Shown piece by piece: positions 27,231 to 37,200 of a stretch of DNA of 64,000 bases. A model generated the notes under the pieces. That model did no database searches, was not told where the DNA came from, and saw only the letters and a list, made by a program, of their open reading frames with translations. Position numbers and translations under genes: made by a program. The stretch's first letter is position 1. Each line of letters starts with the position of its first letter. Source of the stretch: an uncultured bacterium (GTDB lineage: Bacteria; Oederibacteriota; Oederibacteriia; Oederibacteriales; Oederibacteriaceae); NCBI GenBank assembly GCA_965112635.1, contig OZ218778.1, forward strand, positions 512,001-576,000, in the 5' to 3' direction.

Positions 27231-29648
27231 TTAGCCTTTAATAACGACATTGACCAACCGGCCGGTGGCCCGGCCGACATAGATGACCTTGACGATCTGT
27301 TTGCCCTGGAGCGCTCCAATAACCTCGGCCTGGGCTTGCGCTTTGATCTCCTCTTCACCCGCGGAAGCCGGGACCTTGAAAGTCTTTTTGAGCTTGCCGT
27401 TGATCTGCACCGGCACCTCTATCTCGTTCTCCTGGGCCAGAGCCGGGTCAAATACCGGCCACTTTTCCAGGGACAGCGGTTGTTTTTTGCCCAGCTTGCT
27501 CCAGAGCTCCTCGCAGAAATGCGGGGTAAAAGGAAAGAGCAAAGCCAAAAATTTCTCCCAGGCTCCCCGGCCTATCTTTTCCAGACCTCCCAAATGGTTG
27601 GCCAGCTCCATCAGGGCCGAGACCGCGGTGTTGAACTTCAAAGACTCTATCCTCTCGCTTACGCTCTGGATGGTCTGATGGACGGCCTTGAGCGTCTCCG
27701 GGCTGTCCGGCGTTGGAGCGACCTTGTCCTGCATGGCCCATACCCTTTGCAGAAAACGCGACATGCCGATCAAGCCCTGGGTGGACCAGGGTATGGCCTG
27801 GTCAAAGGGCCCCATGAACATCTCGTAGAGCCTGAAGGTATCGGCCCCGTATTTTTCCACGATCTCGTCCGGGTTGACCACGTTGCCCCGCGACTTGGAC
27901 ATCTTCTCGCTGTTTTCCCCCAAAATAAGCCCGTGGGAAGTCCTTTTTTGGTACGGTTCCGGGGTCGGGACCACACCGATATCAAAGAGGAATTTATGCC
28001 AGAAACGGGAATACAAAAGATGAAGGGTCGTATGCTCCATCCCGCCGTTGTACCAGTCCACCGGCGTCCAGTATTGGAGCTTCTGAGGGTCTGCCAGAGC
28101 CCTGGTATTGGCCGGGTCGCAATAACGCAGGTAATACCAGCTCGAACCCGCCCAGTTGGGCATGGTGTCGGTCTCCCGCTTGGCCGGCCCTTTGCATTGA
28201 GGGCAGGTGGTGTTGACCCAGTCCGTCAGGGCCGCCAGGGGCGACTCGCCGGTCTCTGTCGTCTGGTATGCCTTGACCTCGGGCAATAAGAGAGGAAGCT
28301 GGGATTCCGGCAGAGCCACCCATCCGCACTTGGGGCAATGGACCATGGGTATGGGCTCGCCCCAGTAGCGCTGGCGGGAAAAGACCCAGTCCCTGAGCTT
28401 GTATTGTACCGAGGCCTTGCCAATCCCTTTTTCTTCGATATACCGGGTCATCTTGACGATCGCCTCACTTGGCTTGAGGCCGTTGAGGATGTCTGAGTTG
28501 ACCAGGGTCCCCTGTTCTATCTCCGTAAAAGCCGCCTTGGCCACATCCCCGCCGGAAATGACCTCGATGATGGGCAAATTGAATTTTTTGGCGAACTTCC
28601 AGTCGCGGTCGTCGTGACCCGGCACGGCCATGATGGCGCCGGTGCCGTAGGAAATGAGCACGTAGTCGGCGATAAAAAGCGGCACCGGCTTTTGGGTGAC
28701 CGGGTTGATGACGGTCACGCCTTTCATCTCCACGCCCGTGACCTCTTTGTTCATTTCGGTGCGCTCAAAATCCGACCTGCGGCCCGCGTCCTCGATATAT
28801 TTCCTGATCTCCGCCTGATTGGAACACTTGGGCAGCAGCTCCGCCACATAGGGGTGCTCCGGGGAAAGCACCATGTAGGTGACCCCGTAGATGGTGTCCG
28901 GCCGGGTGGTATAGATACGCAGGGACTTATTGAGGCTGGGGATGGGAAATTCCATCTCCGCGCCGGTGGACCGTCCGATCCAGTTCCTCTGTTGGGCTTT
29001 GATCTTGTCCAGGAAATCTATGGTGTCCAAGTCGTTGAGGAGCCTCTCGGCATAGGCCGTGATCTTGAGCATCCACTGTTCCCTGCTCTGCCGCGTGACC
29101 GGACTGCCACAGCGTTCGCACACTCCGCCTACCACCTCTTCGTTGGCCAGCCCCACCTTACAGGACGGGCACCAGTTGATGGCTATCTTGCTCTTGTAGG
29201 CCAGCCCCTTTTCCCAGAATTTCAAGAAGATCCACTGGGTCCATTTATAATACCCGGGGTCCGCGGTGTTGACCTCCCGCGACCAGTCAAAGGAAAAGCC
29301 CAGCCTCTTGAGCTGCCGCCGGAAGTTGAGGATGTTCTTTTGGGTCACATCCCGGGGGTGCTGCTTGGTCTTGATGGCGTAATTCTCCGTGGGCAGGCCG
29401 AAAGCGTCCCAGCCGATGGGGTAGAGGACGTTAAAATCCTGCATCCGGCGCTTGCGCGCCACCACGTCCAGGGCCGTGTAGCTCCTCGGATGCCCCACAT
29501 GCAGACCCTCGCCCGAAGGATAGGGGAATTCGATCAAAAGGTAGTATTTGGGCTTGGCCGGGTCGTCCAGAGCTTTAGCCGCGCCCCGCTCTTCCCAGAC
29601 TTTCTGCCACCTGGACTCTATCTCAGAAAAGCTATATTCTGCCGCCAT
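27231..29648 (-). CDS. leuS: Leucine--tRNA ligase
   Basis: FPYPSGEGLHVGH, GWDAFGLP, editing-domain TTRPDT/GTGAIMAVP and KMSKS. Confidence 0.98.
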   Translation of the reverse strand: MAAEYSFSEIESRWQKVWEERGAAKALDDPAKPKYYLLIEFPYPSGEGLHVGHPRSYTALDVVARKRRMQDFNVLYPIGWDAFGLPTENYAIKTKQHPRDVTQKNILNFRRQLKRLGFSFDWSREVNTADPGYYKWTQWIFLKFWEKGLAYKSKIAINWCPSCKVGLANEEVVGGVCERCGSPVTRQSREQWMLKITAYAERLLNDLDTIDFLDKIKAQQRNWIGRSTGAEMEFPIPSLNKSLRIYTTRPDTIYGVTYMVLSPEHPYVAELLPKCSNQAEIRKYIEDAGRRSDFERTEMNKEVTGVEMKGVTVINPVTQKPVPLFIADYVLISYGTGAIMAVPGHDDRDWKFAKKFNLPIIEVISGGDVAKAAFTEIEQGTLVNSDILNGLKPSEAIVKMTRYIEEKGIGKASVQYKLRDWVFSRQRYWGEPIPMVHCPKCGWVALPESQLPLLLPEVKAYQTTETGESPLAALTDWVNTTCPQCKGPAKRETDTMPNWAGSSWYYLRYCDPANTRALADPQKLQYWTPVDWYNGGMEHTTLHLLYSRFWHKFLFDIGVVPTPEPYQKRTSHGLILGENSEKMSKSRGNVVNPDEIVEKYGADTFRLYEMFMGPFDQAIPWSTQGLIGMSRFLQRVWAMQDKVAPTPDSPETLKAVHQTIQSVSERIESLKFNTAVSALMELANHLGGLEKIGRGAWEKFLALLFPFTPHFCEELWSKLGKKQPLSLEKWPVFDPALAQENEIEVPVQINGKLKKTFKVPASAGEEEIKAQAQAEVIGALQGKQIVKVIYVGRATGRLVNVVIKG

Positions 29649-29665
29649 ATTTCTCCCTTTAAATG

Positions 29666-29720
29666 AAAAAACCCGCGGGCTGCCCCTTTTTTAGGGTATT
29701 TGTTCAGAGCCTGCCGCGGG
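29666..29720 (-). terminator. Terminator-like hairpin with U-tract just upstream of leuS
   Basis: Minus strand CCCGCGG...CCGCGGG followed by TTTTTT, ending about 17 nt before the leuS ATG. Confidence 0.45.
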
Positions 29721-29768
29721 GATGTTCCTAGTTGTTTCGATAAGACCCTGCCTTGGAGGCCGGGAATT

Positions 29769-30851
29769 CTATTCTCCCTCGGTGCTTTCTATTTCATTGC
29801 CGGGACGGACGGGCTCTTTGGACCAGACCACCTGGCCGATGCTGCTCTGGTCCAGCGTGGACAGAACCCTGATCTCTCCCTTCACGACGAGCGAAGTGTT
29901 GTCCTCGGTTTTAGCCTTACCCCTTTTGATGACTTTGAATATATCGTTGACCTGGACCCCCTGCTCGCTCCCCAGGTCTAGGTAAACGATGTCCCCGGCT
30001 ACATACAGCGCCCTGTCATCGCCGAGATTTTGGAAATCGTTCTGTCCGGCCAGCACCAGGCCCTTGAGGACCTTGTCCTTTTTAGGTTTGGCGCTCTTAC
30101 TGGTCTGCCAGGAGCCCTTGAAAACGATCTTGTCATCGACCTCCGCGGCCTGGAAAGAATCTTTGAGGGCGCCGGTGGCGATATCGCCTTCCAGGCTTTG
30201 GATCACTCCTGCCGCCAGAGGTTTGATCTGAACTCCCGAAACCTTGGATTGGCGCAAGCGCACGGGTAGGACATCGTGGTAGACGATAAAGGTCTGCCCC
30301 ACCCTGGCCTTTTTGGGGTCTTTGAGCTTGATCATGACCAAGTCGTCGGTTCCGAACAGGGTCTGGCTCGGGTTGGCGCCCGCGACGATCTTGCCGTCGC
30401 TCTCGAACTGCTTGGGAGCGATGAACCCGCTCCGCTCCAGCACGGAGATGTGGCCGGGCCGATACGGCAGCTCCGGGGTTATGGTCAGCAGGGCTCCCGC
30501 CTCAGGTACGCTGGGATTGACAGGTGCCGGGACCTCGGGAACCTGCTCGGTTTCGGCCTCATTGACTTTTTCGTCCGCAGCTTTTTCTATGGGTTTAGGG
30601 GTGGGAACAGGGGTCGGGGTCGCAGTCTTTTTAACGGGCGCCGGGGTAAAGGTGGCCGTAAAAGGCGCCTGGGTCGGGGAGAGCGTCGCCGTGGCCGTAG
30701 GAGCCAGGGTCGGCTCTTCCGTGGGCAGGTCGGGGATCTCCAGCTCCATGGTTTGTGCGGCCCAGACCGGCGCGACCAGCAGCAGGATAAGACCGGTCAA
30801 GCTCCATAAAGGTCCCGTTAGCTTATGATGTTCTTGGTGAATGGCTTTCAT
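29769..30851 (-). CDS. Secreted protein with a Pro/Thr linker and a TsaP/FlgT-C-like beta domain
   Basis: Signal peptide, PTATAT...PVPTP linker, GDIVYLDLGSEQGVQVNDIF and GEIRVL...EPVRPGN; TAATG coupling to the upstream gene. Confidence 0.65.
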   Translation of the reverse strand: MKAIHQEHHKLTGPLWSLTGLILLLVAPVWAAQTMELEIPDLPTEEPTLAPTATATLSPTQAPFTATFTPAPVKKTATPTPVPTPKPIEKAADEKVNEAETEQVPEVPAPVNPSVPEAGALLTITPELPYRPGHISVLERSGFIAPKQFESDGKIVAGANPSQTLFGTDDLVMIKLKDPKKARVGQTFIVYHDVLPVRLRQSKVSGVQIKPLAAGVIQSLEGDIATGALKDSFQAAEVDDKIVFKGSWQTSKSAKPKKDKVLKGLVLAGQNDFQNLGDDRALYVAGDIVYLDLGSEQGVQVNDIFKVIKRGKAKTEDNTSLVVKGEIRVLSTLDQSSIGQVVWSKEPVRPGNEIESTEGE

Positions 30852-31276
30852 TACATCCTTCCTGCGTTGATATCGTTGATGCGCATCTTGGCTTTGGTAG
30901 CCCATTCGGAATCCGCGAAATCAGGGTAATTATTGACGCAATTCTGGTAGTGCTGCCGGGCTTCCATGAAATTGACCATGCTCTCGTAGCATTTACCTGC
31001 CTGGTACTCCGAGATCTGGCCCAGCTGGGTATTGGGGCACTTGTCAATAATCTCCGCGTAAATGGTGACGGCCTTGGGATTGGCTCCCAGGACCTGGCAG
31101 TATCTGGCCACCGTGAACTTATGGTCGGCTTCCCAGGTGTCTTTGGCCGGGTCATGGCCCTTGGCGTGGGCGTTGATATAATCCAGCCAGTGCGCGCTAC
31201 AGTCTTCCGGGGCCAGCAGCGCGTACAACCCGCCCACCAAGATAAGGCCAAAAACCACCCATAAAAGGCCTTTCAC
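30851..31276 (-). CDS. Membrane-anchored short TPR protein (BamD/YbgF-like)
   Basis: N-terminal TM followed by TPR helices (YQAGKCYESM...ARQHYQNCVNNYP); GTG start. Confidence 0.75.
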   Translation of the reverse strand: MKGLLWVVFGLILVGGLYALLAPEDCSAHWLDYINAHAKGHDPAKDTWEADHKFTVARYCQVLGANPKAVTIYAEIIDKCPNTQLGQISEYQAGKCYESMVNFMEARQHYQNCVNNYPDFADSEWATKAKMRINDINAGRM

Positions 31277-31295
31277 AGGGAAATCTCCTCCCTTT

Positions 31296-34200
31296 TTAAA
31301 GCGCCGGTTCCAGTTCCAGCGCTATTTCTTCCAACAAAAGCTGGGATTCCTTGCCGATCTCAAAAACGATCTGGGAATATTTCCTGTCCAGAGTCGTGGC
31401 CTGTTTCCATTGATAAACGGCTTTATCATACCATCCTTTTTGGTAGTAGGCTACACCCAGCCCGTAGTGCGCCTGGGCCCGTAAATCCTTTTCCAGGGGG
31501 TTGGGAAGTCGCGTGGACTCCAGGATGCGTTGGAACAGCTGTGCCGCGTCGCTCCACTTTTTCAGCCTGATGCTGGCCAGCCCCGCGCCCAAAAGAGAGG
31601 GTAAGTGGCCAGGTATAAGCTGCAACGCCTTGTCCAGGTCCTGCAGAGCCTGACCGTCCTCCCGCAGGGACAGATGCATCAGCCCGCGGTTGTAATAGGC
31701 CTGCCAGTAGTTCTTGTCCAGTTGGAGCGCCTTGCGAAAGGCCTCCCGGGCCTGGCTGACCTTCCCTGTCTCGGTGAACACCACTCCCAGGTGGGAATAG
31801 GCCGGATGGTATTTGAGGTCCAGGTCCACGGCCTTGTGGAAACTGGACAAGGCGTCCTCGAGGAGACCCAGCGCCCTGAAGCACAGCCCCAGCTGGTCAT
31901 GGCTGGCGGCCGAACGCGGCTCCATGGCCAAAAACTTTTGGCCGGCCTCCAGGGCCTTTTCCGGGTTGCCCAGCTTGAGATAGATCTGGGACAGCAAATG
32001 CCACAGCCTGGGGTTCATGCCGGACAAGGCCAGGGATTTTTCCAGCCACAAGAGGGCCTGTTCCATCTGGCCCGTCTTGAAATACAGCTCGACCAGTCCC
32101 ACGTGAGGGGCCAGTAAAGCCGGGGCGATCTTCAAGGCTTTTTTGTAGGACTCCATGGCGTTCCCGACGGCGCCCTGCTCAACCTGGTACTGGGCCATCT
32201 GGGTGTAAGCTTCGGCGTTCTCGGGTCCCAAAGCCACGGCCTTGGCAAAAGACTCCCGGGCGTACCCGTCCAGTCCCTGCTTTTGGTAGTACATCCCCAG
32301 CCAGAAATAGGCTTTGCCCTCTTTGGGGAAACGGCTGAGCAGTTTTTTCCAGACCACGCTCGCCTGCTTCTCCTGTTTGTTGTCCCACAGGGCCTGGCCG
32401 AGCTGGTAATAGTATTCCACGCGGTCGGGATCTCCCTTGACCGCCTTTTCCCATTCGTGGATGGCCTCACCGCGCCGTCCCTTGGCGCCAAAATGCTCCG
32501 CCAGCTTCACGTGGGCCGGGCTGTAGTCGGGGTCCAGGGTGCAGCAGGTCTTGTAGCTGGCCACGGCTTTTTCTTCCTTGCCCATGGCCGACAGGATCTG
32601 CCCCAGGCCGTAATAGATCTCCGTCTCTTTTTCAGGCGAGTGCTGCTTGGCCTTTTCGTAGGCCTCCAGGGCCAGCTCCCAGTAAGCGCTGGCCTGGCTG
32701 GCTCTAGCCAGCGAGAGGGCCAGCTCCGGCTGGCCGGGGTCGATCTCAAAAGCCTTGCGCAGGGACACCACCGCCTCTTTGGGCTTGTTCTGCTGGAGCT
32801 GGATCCGGCCTGTCTCGTAGATGGCCGGGGCATAGTCCGGTTTCAGGGCCAGCGCCTTGGCCAGGCTGTCCAGGGCCTTGTCAGGCTCGGACTTTTTGGC
32901 CAGGACACGGGCCAGTTCCAGATGCCCTTCCAGCCACTGCGGCTGGTTTTGCACGGCGCGCATCAGGCAGGACAAAGCCTCTTCCAGATGCCCCCGTCCG
33001 GCAAAGCTGCGGCCGAGATAGAGGTTGGCCTGCGCCTGTCCGGGATCCAGTCTCAGGATCCGGGACCAGCAAAGGTGCGCCTGCTCAGGCTGTTCCAGGC
33101 CCTCAAACGCCAGGCCTTGCCCGAGGTTGGCTTCGATGTCTTCGGGTTTGTCTTTTAGAATCTCTTGGTAGGCCTGTTGGGCCTCGGCCCACCGTTTGAG
33201 CCCCAGCAAAGATTCTGCCAGCTGCCTCTGGCCTTCCACGAGGCCGGGCTGGTTTTCCAGCGCCTTTTTCCAGCACCGGATGCTTTCGGCCCAGTCTTTT
33301 TGTTTGAAGGCGGCTCTGGCCATGCCTATGAGGCACTCCTGCTCCGCCTGGTTCAAACGCAGGGCCCTTTTGTAGTAGGCATAGGCTTTGGCCGGCTGTT
33401 CCAGTTCCGCGGCCAGATGTGCGGTCTTGAAGCTCAGGACCCCGTGGGACGGGGCCAGTTCCAAAGCGTTTTCCCAGGCTTTAAGACCGTCCTGCTTCTG
33501 TCCTTCCCTGAGGTGCAACCTGCCCAGACCTTCCCAGGCCAGGGTGTCCTTGGGGTCCAGCTTGACCGATTCCTGCCAGAACTTGAGCGCTGTCTGGGTC
33601 TGGCCCAGCTGCTCGTGCACCTTGCCCAGCTCGTCCAGGATGGTCTTGCTCTGCCGGTCCAGGTCCAGGGCTTTTTCCAGGTACGAACGGCTGCGGTCCC
33701 ACTCTTGCTTTTTGGCGTGGTAAAAACCCAGCTCCGCGTAGGCCGGCTGGAGCTTGGGGTCAAGCTGGATGGCTGTCTGCCATTCGTTGACCGCCAGGTT
33801 GATCCGGTCCTGCTTTTGGCTGATAAGACCGAGCTCGTAGTGGGCCAGGGCCAGCACGGGCTGGGGCGCGTCCCCGCTCTGCAGGGCTTTTTCCAGGCAG
33901 GGCTGGGCTTTCTTGTATTCCCCTTGTTTCAGGTAAAGCCGTCCCAAAAGTTCCTGGGCCTCGGCCAGTCCCGGCAGCAGGCGCAGGACCTTTAGAAGAT
34001 AGGCGATGGAATCGCCCCATTCCTTTTTCTCAAAACTCATCTTGGCCAGTTGCAGCAGGGCCGTCCCGTTCTTGGGATCATACTCCAGCGACTTTTCGTA
34101 AGCGTGGTGCGCATCCCCGGTCCGGCCCTGGATCATGGCCAGTTCCGCCAGGTTGACCCAGACCCGGGCGTGCCGCGGGTTGAGCTTCAAAGCTTTTTTG

Positions 34201-37200
34201 AAATAGTCCATGGCCAGGACCAGGGCGTCCTGGGGCAGGTCCGGCGTGGGAGAACTCTTCCTGGCGAGCACCCCGAGGTGATAAAAGACTTCGGCGTTCT
34301 TGGGATGGACGCGGGACGCCTTTTCCAGCATCTCCCTGGCTTCGGGCAATCGGCCGGTGTCCGCCAGGGCCTGGGCCAGCCCGAAAAGGGACTCCAGGTT
34401 TTCCGGTCTGAGGCTCAAGGCGTGGCGGAACGCTTCCTCCGCCCCGCGGCTGTCTCCGATGGCCAGGCAGGATTTGCCCAGGCCTTCATAGGTCTCGGAC
34501 AGATTCTTGAAACTGCTGGTCGCGCTGCGCGGTACCCGTCCCACGATTCTGCGGAACATCTCCACGGCTTTGTAGGGGTAACCCAGGCGGCTGTAAATCT
34601 GGCCCAGTCTAAAACACACGGACAGGTAATTCTCGTTCTCGGGGATTAGGCATTTCTCATAAAGGCCGGCTGCCCGTTCCAGCTTTTTCTCCTCTTCATA
34701 GAGCCCGGCCAGCTCCAGGCAGGTTTCCCAGTGCTGCGGATTGAGGCTCAATCCTTTTTCCCATTCCTGGGCCGCCTTGTCCAAAGCTTTGGTCTTGGCA
34801 TAGGCCTGGCCAAGCCAGTAATGGAACATCTCGGGTGGCACGAGCACTTCGGGCTGGGCCAGCACGACTTTGAATTCCTTCAGGGCTTTTTGGGGCTGAT
34901 CGGTCTTGAGGTACAGCTGTCCCAGCAGGCGGTGGGCCTTGGGAATGTTGTCGTCTTGTTGCAAAGCCTCCAGCAGAACCTTCTCGGTTTCGGCCAGCTC
35001 TCCCCTTAAAAGCTGCATTTCCGCCAGCCCCAGTCTTGCTCTGAGGTCGTGGGGGTCCAGGGCCAGCGCCTCCTGGAAGGAGACCGAGGCTTCCCTGGGA
35101 AGGCCTAAGAGCATTTGGGCCTGTCCCCGTCCCACCAGGGCTCCGGCGACCTTTTCCTTGTCCAGGGCGCGGTTGAACCAGCCCAAGGCCTCGGCCGGTT
35201 TGCCCAAAAAGACCAGGGCTTCGCCCATGCCTGACAAAGCGGCCACGTCATACGGGGAGGATTCCAAAACTTTTTCATAAAGCTGGATGGCCTGGGGGTA
35301 TTCCGCCAGGTTGGCGCAGGCTTTGGCCAGCTCCAGCATGGTCGGGCGGTCCAGGGCCGCGCCGGTCATGGCCTGCGAGAGCGACTCGCGGCAGGCCTGC
35401 CACTGTCCCTGCTGGAAATAGACCTTGCCGATGGCCCTGTGGACCTGGGCATTCCCAGGGTCCAGGGCCAGCGCCAGCTCGTATTGGGCCAGGGCTTCCG
35501 GCCACTGGCGCCGGTTAAAGAACAGATGCCCCAGTTCGGTGCGGGCCGCGGCCTGGTGCTTGGCCGTGGCTTTGGCCGGGCCGGACTTGAGCACCCGTTC
35601 GTAAAATTCCCTGGCCTCGTCCGGCTGCCCCTGGGCCTTCAAGGCCTGGCCCATGCCTAAAAGCGCTTCGGGCTGGAACGGGTCGCGCCGGAGGATATCG
35701 GCGAAGGCCTGCCTGGCTTTGTTCCACAGTTCCAGATGCAGGGCGGTGTGGCCGATGAGGACGGAGATCTCGTCGTCGGGTCTGAGCTCATAGGCCCTTT
35801 CCAGGATAGGCAGGGCCCGGGAAAATTCCTTTTTATAGATAAGATAGCGGCCGTATCCCCACTGGGCCTCCCCGCTGTCCGGGTCTACCTGCACGGCCCG
35901 TTCATACTCGGTCCCGGCGGTCTCCAGTTTTTCCTGTTTGGTGTAGAAGCGGGCAAGCCCCAGGGTGGCGTCGAGGTTGAACCGGTCCCTCTGCAGCACC
36001 TCTTCCCAGACCTGCTGGCAGGTGTCCACGCCCATCTTTTCGTAGGCATGGCCCAGGGTCACCAGGGCGGGAACATGGTCGGGCTTGATCCTCAAACTTT
36101 CCTTGAGAGCCTCGCTGGATTTCTGGTAAGCGGCTTGCCGGAAATAGAGCATCCCCAGGTTCCGCCAGGCTTCAGCGTGCTGGGGCAGCCTCTTGACGGT
36201 CTGTTCCAGGCTGCGGATGGCTTCGTGGACCACGCCCTGGCGCATGAACTCCATGGCCAGCTCAAAGTAAGCGTCTCCGTTTTCCGGGTCGCCCTCGATG
36301 CAGCGCATGAAGGCGGCCATGGCCTCGGAGCCGGCGTTCTGTTCTTTATAGGCCAGTCCCAAAAGGAAGTAGGCCTGCGGGTCGCGGGGGTTTAACTGCA
36401 GGGCCCTCTTGAGGCTTTCCAAAGCCTCTCGCACCTGCCCGGCTTTGAGCAGGGCAAAGCCGAGCTCCCTCTGGTAGGCGGCTTCCTCGGGCTTGAGGTC
36501 GACCGCGTGCTTGAGGGCCCGGGCCGCTTCCGCATAATCGCCTTTTTTGAGGTAGACCTCGTATAGGCTCAAGAATCCCTGTTCCTGCTCCGGCTTTTTG
36601 TCCACCGCCTGCTTTAACAGTTCCTGGGCCCGCTCCAGGTCGTTCCTTTGAACGCAGACAAAGGCCAGTTTGCGCAGGGCATTATAAAGGTCGGGCAGGT
36701 CCTTGGCTCCGGCAGCCTGGGCGTCCGTGATGCTTTGCAAAACTCGGTCCCAGTAATAGGCGGCCTGGTCCCAGTTCCGCCTGGCCAGGGAAAGTTCGCC
36801 CAGTTTTTCCATGATCCGGGCCTGGTCCGGAGCCAGTTCCAGGCTGGCGTGGTACATCTGCCAGGCTTCTTCGAGGTAGCCCAGCCTTTCCAAAGTTTCC
36901 GCGTAGGCGGTCTTGTAGGAGACCTCCCGGGATTCCAGTTCCACGGCCTTTTTCAGGCACGGCTCCGCGCTCTCTTCGCTGTGCATGGCCTGGTAAGCGC
37001 AGCCCATCTTGTAGTGGGCCAGGGCCAGATCCGGGTTGAGGAACAGGGCGTGTTGCAGCAAAGGCAGGGATTCTCCCCACTTTTCTTCCTTTTGCTCCAA
37101 AAGGCCGAGCAGCAGGTAAGCGTAGGGCTGCTGCTCTTCCCTCTGCAGGCTTTCCTGGATGTAGCTGCGCGCCTTCTCCCCCTCACCCTTGTCCATGTGG

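Noticed and set aside
29649-29768. T-box leader for leuS
   Set aside because: The region is too short and has no stem I or T-box consensus.
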